Below are positions 27,641 through 41,880 of a stretch of 64,000 nt of DNA, one piece after another. The position numbers and the translations under genes are program-made. The stretch covers positions 5,394,001 through 5,458,000 of the forward strand of contig OX597825.1 in NCBI GenBank assembly GCA_951406725.2, read 5' to 3'. The notes beneath the pieces are model-generated. The model was given only the letters and a program-made list of their open reading frames with translations, was not told the origin of the DNA and searched no databases. Position 1 is the first letter of the stretch, and each line of letters begins with the position of its first letter. Origin of the DNA: Octopus vulgaris (Eukaryota).

Positions 27641-28295
27641 GAAGTGAGACAGCTGCACCAAATTGCGCTTGACAATATCAACCTGAAAACCTGATATTAA
27701 ATTCTACGCTTTCAGAGAATAAATAGAATAAAGATAAATACATAGAAATACATAAACAGTTTAACTTCGAGGCAATTGAAGGTTTTGGCATCGTGTAAAG
27801 TGTCTCTATTCTGATATTATTTGAGACAGCCAAATAAAATTACACGCGGCCACCATGATTTTATCCGGTTTTAATTGGAATTCAGTCGAGATAATTATGT
27901 GTACATGTGAGTTATTTTACTTCGAGTCAAGCAAGGAGCAGCGATTAGTTCCTGGCGTCCATATTTCTTTGTAGGTAAATTGATATTTGTAATGAAATGT
28001 TTTTAATATTCGTGATGGCGCTCTGGGTTCTTAGGCTAAAATTTTGCTCAACCCATTTTCTCCGTCTTGATTCTGATTCCAGCTCTTCCCCTCCACATAT
28101 GTACACATAAATAAACACACACACACAGACAGACAAATACTCACGCACATTTATTATAAATGGATAGATATAGTTTTATAGATAGAGAGGGAGGGAGGGA
28201 GAAACAGAGGGGGAGAGACAGCGGGCGGGCGAGAGAGAGAGAGAGAGAGACAGACAGAACAGATAGAATAGAATAGAATAGATAGACAGATAGTT

Positions 28296-28369
<74 letters not shown>

Positions 28370-28386
28370 CAGATAGATAGATAGAG

Positions 28387-28479
<93 letters not shown>

Positions 28480-28490
28480 GATAGATAGAC

Positions 28491-28567
<77 letters not shown>
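28296..28567. repeat. (GATA)n microsatellite
   Basis: Directly visible. Confidence 0.95.
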
Positions 28568-28568
<1 letters not shown>

Positions 28569-28730
28569 AATTAGTGTACATTTAAACACAAAAGAGGCGA
28601 CCACTATCAGGCAGCCTTACATGATAGAAAAAGCTGTCTATTGACTTTTTATACATGCTAGGCCACTGGTTATGAAATTTGTAAAATTTTGCTATCCTAT
28701 ATTATTTTATAGATAGATAGATAGATAGAG

Positions 28731-28785
<55 letters not shown>

Positions 28786-29122
28786 CACATACATATATAA
28801 ATTATTATATGCATACCAACATATACATACCTTTAATCATGCGTACATAACACAGACCAAAGTTAAGAACTCACATAGCTGTAAGATGAACAGATTCATT
28901 TAATGCGTACAGAAGAAACGTGTTAACTTTGCTCAATGCAATGAGTAGTATAGACTTTGCTTGGAAATAATGAAGGCAATTGCCCAAGGGGTTAAGGCGT
29001 TGGGCTCCCAATCGTGAGATTGTTCTTTCGATCCACGGACCAGGCAGCGAATTCTGCTCTTGATTAAAGATCTTTGTTTTACGACACCCCAGTCAACTCA
29101 GCTGAAATACGTTGTTTTAATT

Positions 29123-29185
<63 letters not shown>

Positions 29186-29292
29186 GTACGTGCATGTGTG
29201 TATGCCTGTGCTATTATACATATATATAGAGAGAGATATATAAATGCTACATATGTGTGTGTGTATAGAAAGGTATATGCGTATATGTATAA

Positions 29293-29328
<36 letters not shown>

Positions 29329-29396
29329 GTATACATATATATATATAAACACATAGATATGTATACATATATACATATACTCATATACATATGTAC

Positions 29397-29562
29397 ATTT
29401 GTTTCTCTCCTTGTTTTTTTCTGTGTATCTTTCTGTCGAAGAGCGTAGGCTCGAAACGTAAAAGACTTTTTCTATTTCTATTCCTGAGCGCTATACTAAT
29501 ACGTTTGGTTATTTGTACTCCACCTGCCTTCGTCTTTTGTTTATTTTCGTAAACTTTCCCTT

Positions 29563-29566
<4 letters not shown>
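29397..29566 (+). mobile_element. pLTR-like element family HC with hammerhead-like motif at 29428-29465
   Basis: tcttt CTGTCGA a gagc gtag gctc GAAA cg TA aaaga; opposite-strand copy at 51655-51860. Confidence 0.7.
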
Positions 29567-29608
<42 letters not shown>

Positions 29609-29735
29609 CAGCCGAAATTTGCTATGATGATCCGGTTTCTGACTGAAGATTAAAGGCTTCGAATGATCCGTCTGTTTTCTGTGTTCGTCCCTTTGTGTAT
29701 TTCACGTTCTTGTTTCTTTATATATAATTTTTATA

Positions 29736-29780
<45 letters not shown>

Positions 29781-30695
29781 ACGTAATATACTATATGCTC
29801 TATAATATTTAATTTCAATTCCGTAACATTTTATAAATAGAAGAGCAAAAGTAGAGATAATGAGAAGGAATAAAAAACAAAAAACAAAGAAAACAACAAA
29901 CCAACTACAATACAAAGAATCACCTGAGTAAGGATGTTATGGCAGTGATTAAAACAATGTTCAGAATGTTTGTAGCGAACTGTTCAAAGTTAAAATCAAG
30001 TGACTGGGCATTTGGAAGCTAGGATTTCAAACACAGTAATATTTATTTATTCATTTATTTGTTTATTTATTTATTTATTGCAGCGATGCTGCAAGCATCG
30101 AATTTACAGTTGGATTGCTTAATGTGCAATATTCTGCTATAAATGGTTCCAGTAGAAGGAACCAACACCGGAATGGTAATCCACAGAATCAGGAATCATT
30201 GTTTCTAAAAGACTGATTCCTACACATTGTTTCATAGTTCTGCCTCCTGTCTCTGATTTCCATATTGTGGCACCGTATAGAACGCTATGCGCGAATCTTT
30301 ACGCACGAGCACGCACGCAATAACATCTGTATGTCTGTTAAGCTTTCGCAACACACACGGTAATCGCTCGTATGCGAGACGTAGTTTCATAATGCATTAG
30401 TATTACCGGAAAAAATATAGATTAGACTTGAATGCAGTGAATATAAAACTGTAAAAGCTACGTAAGGCAATTTACAAACTTTACAGAAAATAAGGTTACC
30501 ATAAGATACACAGAATCCACCCTTACATATTGTTGTGTGACCCTGATCGAATAAAAAGGGTAAAAACCGATCAATATTGGTTGGAATGTGGTTTTGCTAG
30601 GCAAATGCTCAAAGGTGTTCTTTATGGATTCGATCACAAGCAACGAAGTCGTTAGGCGAACAAGGGTCACATATTTATACAAATAACCACGTGAA

Positions 30696-30945
30696 GGCGC
30701 ATGGCTCAGTGGTTAGAGCGTCGAGTTTACGATCGTGAGGTTGTGAGTTCGAATCCCGAGTCGGGCTGCGTGTTGTGTTCTTGAGCAAGACACTTTATTT
30801 CACGTTGCTCCAGTTCACTCAGCTGTAGAAATGAGTTGCGACATCACTGGTGCCAAGCTGTATCGGCCCCTTTGCCTTTCACTTGGACAGCATCAGTGGT
30901 GTGGAGAGGGGAGGTTGGTACGCGTGGGCGACTGCCGACCTTCCA
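30696..30945 (+). mobile_element. tRNA-derived CORE-type SINE (family C)
   Basis: A box tggctcagtggttagagcg, B box gagttcgaatcc, then gtgttcttgagcaagacactt...cagttcactcagctgtagaaatg resembling the MIR CORE domain. Confidence 0.85.
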
Positions 30946-31487
30946 CCGAAAATATGCATGTTCCGCATGCAATGGAGATAGGTTTGTAAAGCTAGTTTTA
31001 GTGTCTGAACGATAATAATTTGGCAGTATTTTTTATTATATAAAGTATCGTAAGTTGCATAATTAGGGAAAAATGCCAAATAAAGTTGACATTAAACTTT
31101 GCAGGAAAATGGATCGATAAATATAAACCAATTGAGAGATAAGAGTGGGGAAAAAAGCAGGAACACACACACACATACACACACACATACACACATGCTT
31201 GTGAGTATGTTTGTTTATTATATGTGTATGTGTGGTTGTTAATATATTTGTATGCGTGTGTGTTTATGTAAATATACATGTACAATGTATGAGTGTATGT
31301 GTGTTGTGTGTATGTGTGTGTGTGTGTGTTTAAAAATAAAACTAGACAACTTTTGACGGATTTATTGAGGATTATCGTCTTAAAACGATTGCGTACGTTG
31401 GTTGGTCCATTGACCTACTAATCTAATAAGTATATTTTCATTAGACAAAGCAGTAATTAGTTTTATATGCTGAGCATTGTTCAATGC

Positions 31488-32128
31488 ACATCATCATCAT
31501 CTCCATCACTATCATTGTTGCTTACGTCATCATCAACAGTACCACCACCACCACCACCACCACAAAAACAGCAACATTCTTTTCTACGTCACCATCATCT
31601 ACACCTCATCTATCACAGCCGTCACAACATCCAGCGTCACCACCACCACCATTACCACCCCCTTCAACAGCAGTAGCATTCTCATCATCATGCTCGTCAT
31701 CACCATTATCATCACCATCATCATCATCATCATCATCATCATCACTGCAGTCTCAACCATTATTACCTGCACCACCAACACCTCCTCCGCTATATCACCA
31801 CCATCTCCCACCACCACCAGAACCATAATGATGAGCACATCACTATCATCATTATTATTATTATTATCATCATCATCATCATAATCGCCATCTCCACCAC
31901 CACATCCTCCACTACTTACGTTATCAACACCACCACCACCACAACAGTGTTGGTGGTGGCGGTGTTGATAGAAGTAGTAGTGATGGTGGTAGCACTGGTG
32001 ATGCCATCATCATCATCATCATCTTCTTTATCGTTACCAATACTTGTACTACCTCGGATACCTTTAGGATGAACAACTAAAATAGGAACACTGTGGCAGC
32101 CATCACGACAATGACAACCACCACCACC

Positions 32129-32180
<52 letters not shown>
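31488..32180. repeat. Degenerate (CAT/CAC/ACT)n low-complexity region
   Basis: Directly visible. Confidence 0.9.
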
Positions 32181-32329
32181 AATGAAAGTAACCCTAATAT
32201 AGAATGGCAAATGACGTTGTCAGTAAGAGAATTTATATGGTGCGCGCACGCCCGAGCACACGTCTGCACGTGTGAAGCAGAGGCTTGTGTGTATGTGTAT
32301 GAACAATATACTTTTATGTGTATATGTAC

Positions 32330-32366
<37 letters not shown>

Positions 32367-32437
32367 TGTTAACATTTATACACACACCTACATATACGTA
32401 CGCATGTATATATATACGTACGCATGTATATATATAC

Positions 32438-32522
<85 letters not shown>

Positions 32523-32525
32523 TGT

Positions 32526-32673
32526 TCCGCCGAGGTCGACTTTGCCTTTCATCCTTTCGGGGTCGATAAATTAAGTACCAGTTACGCACTGGGGTCGATG
32601 GAATCAACTTAATCCGTTTGTCTGTCCTTGTTTGTCCCCTCTGTGTTTAGCCCCTTGTGGGTAGTAAAGAAAT
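32526..32673 (+). mobile_element. SINE family A, headless fragment
   Basis: ttccgccgaggtcgactttgcctttcatcctttcggggtcg...gtagtaaagaaat. Confidence 0.9.
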
Positions 32674-33026
32674 ATATATATATGCGTGTACTCGGAAGAA
32701 CAACTTAAATGAAACTGAATATATATACATACATACTTATGTATGAATAAGTGTTGCGCTGCAGTAATTTTAGTTATGTTATTTCACTTGAAACGTACGT
32801 AGCCAACAAAACATGAGTAAATCTCCGACCTTTTCTGTTTTATTTTGTTATACTCTGTAACTACATGCTGCATTTCGATTTGAACTTTGGATTTACTAAT
32901 TGGACAGGTGATAGGAAGTGGATTTACAAAATATATGGATGACTCTGATATTCACGCAACAATGTATTCAGCTGGTTTGTTACTTACTCCGTGCTTATAA
33001 AGTATTCGCCTGGGTTTCTGTGCATA

Positions 33027-33350
33027 AGCGTGGTATAGTGGTTAGGATGTTCAGCTCACGATCAATAGATCATGAGTTCAATTCCTGACTGCGTGTTCTT
33101 TCTTTGAGCAGAAAATTTTATTTCCCGTTGCTCCAGTCCTCCCAGCTGGTAATAATAAATTGTATTTGTTATTCCAAGTACCGGCCTTGTTACATTCAGT
33201 GTGACGCTGAATCTACCCGAGAACTACGTTAAGGGTACGCTTGTCTGTGAAGCACTCAAGTGCTGAGCCACTTGCACATTAATTTCTCGAGCAGGCTGTT
33301 CCGTTGATCGGATCAGCTGGAACACTCGTCGTCGTAACCGACGGAGTGCT
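33027..33350 (+). mobile_element. CORE-type tRNA SINE with a different 3' tail (head fragment also at ~28975-29105)
   Basis: gcgtggtatagtggttagg...gagttcaattcc...ttgagcag...gttgctccagtc..ccagctg. Confidence 0.7.
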
Positions 33351-33618
33351 GTTTTATATATGCCTATATGCGTGTATGTAGGTATATATGTATATATGAA
33401 TGTATATTAATATGTGTATGCATATGTATATATATATGTGTGTGTGTATATGTATGTATATATATGTATATATATGTATATATATATATGTATGGATATA
33501 TATCTGTGTGTGTGTATATATGTATGTATGTGTGTGTATATATATATATATGTATTTATATATATGTGTGTGTGTGCGTGTATGTATGTATGTATATATA
33601 TATATGTATGTATGTATG

Positions 33619-33662
<44 letters not shown>

Positions 33663-34161
33663 CTTATGCATATGCATACACACACAAACACAAACATATT
33701 TGTTTGTGCATGTAAAGAGACAGGTTGATTTGTCGGTTGTTTTTGTTGATTTATTGGTGGGTGAGTGGATGGGTGGATGGGTGGATGGGTGGATGGGTGG
33801 ATGGGTAGCTTTATACATTCACTGAGGGCAGATAAGAAATTTGCAATGAATAGCAAAACAATAATCTGCCGATTCCGAAATCTGTCACGAGCAGTAAAAA
33901 TATTCGTGAAAGAATTTATTTACACATAGAGATATAAAAACATGTCTATGCATGCATACATACACACACACACACAGACATACAAATACACACATACATA
34001 TGTACATACATACATATATATATACATATATACATACATGCATGCATAAATAAATGTTGTTGTTCATGTTGAAATTCCAATGAAGGAGCCTTGAATCTAG
34101 GTTAGAAACCGGTTCTTTCCCTGTTGGCAAGAAATCTTGAAATGAAACTGAACAATGACTT

Positions 34162-34338
34162 ACATACATGCATACATAGACACATGCATATACATACGTC
34201 CGTACATACATACATACATACATACATACATACATAGACACATGCACATACATACGTCCGAACATACATACATACATACATACATACATACATACATACA
34301 TACATAGACACATGCATATACATACGTCCGTACATACA

Positions 34339-34372
<34 letters not shown>

Positions 34373-34510
34373 CACACATAGACACATGCACATACATACG
34401 TCCGTACATACATACATACATACATACATACATACATACATACATACATAGACACATGCATATACATACGTCCGCACATACATACATACATACAAACATA
34501 CATACATGCA
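34162..34510. repeat. Minisatellite built from (CATA)n plus a fixed spacer (gacacatgcayatacatacgtccg), 5 units
   Basis: Spacer recurs at ~34180, 34237, 34307, 34381 and 34451. Confidence 0.9.
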
Positions 34511-34540
34511 TATACGTGTGTATGTATGTGTGTGTGCGTG

Positions 34541-34910
34541 TATTCTTTTATTCTTTTACTTCTTTCAGTCATTTGACTGCGGCCATGCTGCAGCATCGAC
34601 TTAATGGGTGGGTTTTTTTTTAGTGGAAGAAATCAATATGGGAACTTATTCTTTGTAAGCTTTGCACTTATTCTATCGGTTACTATTGTAGAACCGCTAA
34701 GTTAAGAGGACGTAAACACATCAACACCAGTTGTCAAGTGATGGTGATGGACAAACACAGACAGAAAAACATATATATATATATAAGAATGTATATTTGA
34801 AGTTAAGCATCTTTTATTCTTAATCTGTTTCAATCAGTAGACTAGGGCCATGCTGGGGCATCGTCTTGAAAGATTTTGGTCGAATGAGTAGATCCCAGTA
34901 CTTATATTTG
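34541..34910 (-). mobile_element. SINE family B 3' halves (two fragments)
   Basis: ttcagtcatttgactgcggccatgctg...gaaccgctaagtt...gttgtcaag. Confidence 0.8.
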
Positions 34911-35096
34911 ATGCCTTGATGCATTCACTCTTTTCTTATCTATCATCTAACGAAAGACTTCTGCCCGAAATGTCAAGATTCTTTCCTTTATTCTCAACTG
35001 TTAAACAATTTAATATATATATCACGAAAAATGTTACACAGAGTTACACGCCCCCATTTGTCGGATAGTTTGTAAAAGTATGTGTGTGTATTTGAG

Positions 35097-35161
<65 letters not shown>

Positions 35162-35198
35162 GTATGTATGTATGTATGTGTGTGTATGTATGTATATA

Positions 35199-35234
<36 letters not shown>

Positions 35235-35252
35235 TGTATGTATGATAGATAT

Positions 35253-35311
<59 letters not shown>

Positions 35312-36829
35312 TGTTTTAATAATTTTTATAATGAAAGAAAATTAAATCAAACGAAAACAACCTGGATGAGATTCGCTAGGAAAGTATAAAAGTTATTGTG
35401 AATGGAAATTCTTAGCTGTTAAGTCGAGATTCCACTTGCTCTTTATTGAAAATATATGAAGAATCATGGAAGACAGTTGCAGACATGTATCGATCAAAGA
35501 AGTAATGGAAAGAAGAGCAGAACAGGAGAGAAAGAATTTCGTTTTTACTCTACGTGGGAGGCGTGAAATTAGACGAAGGATAAATGGTTTCTAAATATGT
35601 GGGAAGGAGGGGTGTTATTGTTTTACAAATCATTAAATCAAACGTAACATTTAAAATGAATATTTTAAGCATATTTGAACAAATATTGGAAAATGCTGAT
35701 TGATTGCTAAATAAATGGACGTATGTGAATCTATATTGCTTTATCTATGTGACGTTGAAGGGGCGTAATTCTTTCGTTTATAATTTACGGTTCAGTGATG
35801 TAATCCGCTTTTTGGTTTTTGGTGGGAGAAAATCTTTAGCATATTAGACATAGACTGTGCCTGCGAATTATCTGTTATGCACCTCACCTGGATATACATA
35901 TAAAGAATCGATAAATTTACGTGGGGATAATCGATAGATAATATCTGAGGTTAACTGTGCAACAATTCGATGATGTGCTTCGATCAGTTAAATTAATTAA
36001 TTGGTTATTTGTCATTCTAAATAATATTGTATTGTATTGTTTTGTATTATAAATGAAAATCTATATTTGAATTCAATAAAAACAAGAAAATAGAAAGCAG
36101 CTCTATGAATGCATTAAAAAAAAGTTGATGCATTATTAATGAGCGAAATGACTAAATTGCGTTAAATTTATCTAAAAGGCGGAAGTTTAAGATGGTGGAA
36201 TTTTTAAAGAAGCGCCGTGTTTATCTATCAACGAAACATGAACTTAATGTGTGTCCATAAAACGTGGGCATAATAAGATGCGTTATCATGCGTGATAACA
36301 CAAGATAAATGGAGATAAGTACTGATAATTATAATAAACAGTATTTTGTTTAAGAAGAAACCGCATATTTATTTAAAAGAGGCCATTGGTTTGTGGTGAA
36401 ATCTGTAAGAAGCTATAAGAAAATTTCTAAACTGATAAAATAATCAACAGACGTTACGTTTAATTTCTAGTTATGTATTAATGATTTTAAAGTGGGAGAG
36501 CTAATTCAGTTAGGAGCTTGTTAAAACACTACTGAATAACAGAATTAGCAGAATATGTGGTCATAAGAGAGGTGAATTTATTGGAATGGATTTTTCGCTT
36601 TTCTCATTAACAGGGGAAAAGCCAAACGAGAAATACTATCGGTTACGTTTATAAGAGATTATCTTATTTTCTACAAAGGAAAAAGTTTAAATCCAGAGGG
36701 TTTTTCAAAGAGGCTGTGTTGTAGAAATAGAAACTGATAAAGTCGAGATACTATACAGCTTGCATCAGGGCCATATTATATATATATATACATATATATG
36801 TGTATCTCTCTCTCTCTCTCTCTCTGTCT

Positions 36830-36893
<64 letters not shown>

Positions 36894-37042
36894 CGTGTCT
36901 CTAACGTATTAAATTAGATTGTAATATACACTACTATGATAACAGTTACACGGGGTGTTGAAAATCATGTAAAGAATCATTTAAAAGCATAACAGAAGAA
37001 AAGAATAATATAAAAGAAGAAAAGAAATAGAAAGAACACATT

Positions 37043-37093
<51 letters not shown>

Positions 37094-38463
37094 ACTGCAA
37101 ATTAACTATTTTTGGTGTTGTACAATTAAATGAGATGTTGAATTGAAGTTGGTGAAGTTTTGAGCGATGTTTTATATAACAGAGTACGATATTTGAATTA
37201 TTTTTTTGTACCTGTTGCCTGGAGGGAATTGTTTAAGCCTTTTGTTATCATATTTCTGTTTAAATACACGGTATTTCTTCTAATTAAATTTGAAAATAAA
37301 GAAGAATTTATTAAAATAATCTTGTCTTTATTAAGCTGGTTTGGAACTTAAATTTCAATCAAGATTTTGATGGAAAGTTTTAATTTAGCTCCCTTTCAAA
37401 CACAAAGCTTTTATCAAAGAACCAGGGGTTGTTTCTTGCGGGTTGCCATCAAAAGGGTTCTCAGTAGTTGCTTTAAAAACCATTTTACTATTAATTAAAC
37501 ATATTTTGTGGACACTTGTAACCTAAAAAGCGGATTATACTATATGATGGGTCACATGTTTGTGGGACAGAGAGTCATGATGAATTGTAAATGTTTACTT
37601 ATCGGTTCCCAATGAGGGTGTTCAACAATTTATGTATATACAGTAGTGTATACACGTATGGTATATACAGAGAATTGTTTTCTATGTGGTGCACTGTGAG
37701 AATTGTAGAGGTTGAGAGTAACATCTATTTAATTACCGACCTTAAAGATAAGCTCGTAGGTCACAGTCAGACTTAAGTCTTACATAACTCCAATCTTCAT
37801 GCTTTACGTCATATGTTATAACGACCCTTTATACCAGACATACATTGAGTTCTTGATGTGTTCATAATTAAACATTATTCCATCATATCTCCCACCACAT
37901 TAACCTCTGCCTTCTAGATAACCTTAATTCTTTTACTCATCAACAACACAGTTCTTAGCATAATATTCCTGCACACGCAGCAATTAATTTAAATTATATA
38001 TTAATAACAAGTTCTCTATGACAAAAGGGCTTCAAACATTTCTTCTATGCTTTGCTGTTTTCCTTCAACATCTTCATTAACGACATAACACAATGTAATA
38101 CCCTAGAAGAATAACTAATTACTTATTTTCACTGATTGAAACATACCATTATTGCATAATTACCCTCGAATATTACTTATTAATTATTTCCACATAAGTA
38201 TGTACATCCATCATATATAATCCCTAGGGTGCAATGGCTCTTATGATGGCTTTTTCGGTGTATGAATTATCAAGTAATTCACTAAATATTTTCTCCTACC
38301 AAAAGCCAAACTACTAGATCACACAAGTAAACCGTTAATAATAAATTAAGCCCTCCACTAATAGAGGATAAACATAGCTATATATATATATATATACATT
38401 GCTAGAAATAAGAGCTAAAATGTTCTAATGCTGTAGTCGACGTACATAATTGCATACATGTAT

Positions 38464-38496
<33 letters not shown>

Positions 38497-38664
38497 GTTT
38501 CTGTCTGAATATATATGTATACAATTGTGTGCTTTCACTATAGCATTAGAGCATTTTAGCTCTTATTTCTAGCAATGTAGATGTTTCTAACATATTTTAT
38601 TACAACATTGCACACTGCTGTATATTCTAATTTTATACACACACACACACACACACATATATAT

Positions 38665-38828
38665 ACGACGGGCTTCTTTCAGTTTCCGTCTTCCACATCC
38701 ACTCACAAGGCTTTGGTCGGCCCAATGCTACAGTAGAAGACACGTGCCCAAGGTGCTACGCAGAGGGACTGAACACAGAACCATTTGGTTGGTAAGCAAG
38801 CTACTTACCACACAGCCACTCCTGCGCC
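38665..38828 (-). mobile_element. SINE family B, 5' half
   Basis: acgacgggcttctttcagtttccgtc...accacacagccactcctgcgcc. Confidence 0.9.
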
Positions 38829-39891
38829 TATATGTATTATATATTATATTATATTATATATATATATTATCTATATAAATAAATATGTATATATACATAC
38901 ATACACACATGTATACATATATATAACAACTAATTAGCTGTCTCCAATATTTGCCCCCCAAAGTTTTATTAATTCAATTCAAGCAGTACTTTTCATTTGT
39001 TAATAATAATAATCTCCTTTCTGTTTTTACATTTTCCCATTATATATTTTTCATCCTACTTCCCGTCTCTCTCTCTCTCCCTCTCTCCCTCTCTCTCTCT
39101 ATCTCTCTATCTATCTATCTATCTATTTATCTCTATCTCTCTCTCTCTATTTCCTTTTTTCTTTCTTACAAGAAACAAATATTGCTGTCACTCTATTCTT
39201 TATCTCGTCTTCTTCCTTCTTATCTTCACTTCCTCGCACTACTATACAGATCGATATATACCAGCAACTGCTTTTCAGAAGCAACTGCTTTTCATGCAGT
39301 TTAAATAAACAGCAAGTTGATACTAGATGTACTGCAAACAATTTCCACATAAACACCACAGTTATTCTACATTTATAAACCCATGCAATATGTATGTGTT
39401 AGAATTCAGCTTAGGCGCAGCAGTACCCGTGGCCATGTGTTAGAATTCAATATACTAATATTTCACCGTGTTAGCACGACCTTGTGGCGAGGAAGTAAGA
39501 ATTCTCTGATATTCTCCACTTCGGCTCTTATTTGTATAAGAAGCCTGGGTTAATTGGTTTGCAAAAGAAATAACAAAGAATAGAAACTATGGAATCGCTT
39601 TCATCAGGTTGCTGTTATTTCTGCCATAAGTGCGCAAGCAGTGCTACATTTTATAACTTCCTCAGAGCCAATTATATGTACGTATGTGTGTGTATGTGTG
39701 TGTTGATATGTGTGTATGTGTGTAATAGTATATGTATGTATGTATCTACGTATGTGTATGTATACATCTCTTATGATAATGTATATATAAAATATAAACA
39801 ATATATGCATATATGCATACGTATAAGTACATACATCTAAACTTATATATATATATATATATATACATACACACACGCACACACACATACA

Positions 39892-39931
<40 letters not shown>

Positions 39932-40438
39932 TATGTGGGCACAGGAAGTCATGAAATGTCTACAACAAAAAGTACGAAGCACGAGTACATGGAACATGAA
40001 CTATTCTTTCGAACAACGAAAGACACAAATGGAAAACAAAACAAACAACATAAAGAACGACACTTCATCAGTCGTTGGCTGTTTTTCTAGTCTCTAGTCT
40101 CGTATTTCGAGCATTTAACAACAATATACGCTTTCGATAAAACAGTTGCTCCCGCAAAGCAAATTAAATAAAATTTAGGATTTTGCAGAGGGTCAAAATA
40201 GGTAACACAAACAGGACAGTGAAAACAAACAGGTAGAGCTGTTAAGCCTAAACGAGGTTGTGGTGGCGAACGCGTAAGTCAAGCTAGGACAGGAGACAAA
40301 CAACAACACATCTTCTTTGTTCCAGCTACAACGGAGAGAAAGAAAGAAAGATGGCCGATGATCACATGGGTGCCATGTGAACAAAGGAAGAGGAGTGAGG
40401 GAGAAAAAGTGACAGAGTAATAGGACAGAATAGTGGGA

Positions 40439-40500
<62 letters not shown>

Positions 40501-40505
40501 GTATG

Positions 40506-40536
<31 letters not shown>

Positions 40537-41471
40537 GTATACGCATGTACAATATTCTTGGTCAAACTTTGCACACACTGCTAAACATAGGGCTTTATAC
40601 TGTAGTGTAGGATGTAGATGAAAAGCTAGGAATGTATTATAAGATAAAATATGCAGATAACTCGGTGAGTTTTGCAAATGTATTTGCATTGATACACATT
40701 TGCCACCGATACAACATCAACGTGCTCCAGCATAAACTCAAGCAAATTTGTTCAATAAACCTGGTACATTGTCCTACGTGACATTTACTGTCTTCTGTTT
40801 TAAATATAAAAAACGATGAAACATTGTCGACAAAAATTATGTGATTATATGATTATATTGATAAATGACCCGGGCTATTATTTATCCAATAGAACTGTTA
40901 TATTATCTTTAAGCCAGATTTTGGCTCCTTTTTTTGAGAATTCCAGAGTGCACTCATCTGTTTGAATATAGTGTTTACTATTTTACTCAGTGGGTTTACT
41001 CAAATACCAGCTTTTCTCCTCACAGAAATGCCAAAACCTGCTTTATAAAGAATAGACACTGCTTGATTCTTGACTCTTTGATGGGGGACAAATGAATGAA
41101 TCAACAAATGAATCGCATTCATGAATGTCTCGTAAATGAACATTAACTTAAGCCAGTCCTTCTAAAATCGAATTGTTACGATGATCCCGCCAAAATTGCA
41201 GACGATTCTGGATGTTTTGCTTTATTTTTCATTGATTGTCTTGTAAACCTTTTCGTAATGGACGTCTTTATGTCAATGTGCTGTTTTGTTTTTTTTTACT
41301 GTTGCTTGCAAATGTTCTTGTTTGGTGCTGCTAAACTGCAGATGTGTGTGCAAAACAAAGAGAATGACTAAAAGGACAGTTTAAAACGGAAGGCGGCCGA
41401 CATGATGATTGGCATCCGATTCCCTTGCAAAATGTAGAGAGAGCTTTGCATCTCTGTGAGACCTTAAATAA

Positions 41472-41880
41472 GGGGCAGGAGTAGGTTGTGGTAAGTAGCT
41501 TCCTTACCAACCACATGGCTCCGGGTTCAGTCCCACTGCGTGGCACCTTGGGCAAGTGTCTTCTACTATAGCCTCGGGCCGACCAAAGCCTTGTGAGAGG
41601 ATTTGGTAGACGGAAACTGAGAGAAGCCCGTCATATATATGTATATATCCATATACATATGCATGTGTGTGTATAAGTTTGTGTGTCTGTGTTTGTCCCC
41701 CCAACATCACTTGACAACCGATGCCGGTGTGTTTACGTCCCCATAACTTAGCAGTTCGGCAAAAGAGGAGCCGATAGAATAAGTACTAGGCTTACAAAGA
41801 ATCAGTCCTGGGGTCGATTTTCTCGACTAAAGACGGTGGTCCAGCATGGCCGCAGTCAAATGACTGAAACAAGTAAAAGT
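41472..41880 (+). mobile_element. SINE family B, full length
   Basis: tRNA-like head (tgtggtaag...gggttcagtccc), accttgggcaagtgtctt, internal (TA)/(TG) tract, 3' cagcatggccgcagtcaaatgactgaaacaagtaaaag. Confidence 0.92.

Noticed and set aside
30696-30770. tRNA gene
   Set aside because: A and B boxes are present, but there is no proper acceptor stem and the sequence continues into a CORE-like SINE body
34162-34510. CRISPR-like repeat-spacer array
   Set aside because: Spacers are only (CATA)n; eukaryotic context; no cas genes
34947-34980. Further hammerhead-like cores (ctaacga...gaaatgtc here; lone CTGATGA at ~40063 minus strand, 51448 and 55546)
   Set aside because: Core mutated or stems missing; at best decayed copies, so not counted
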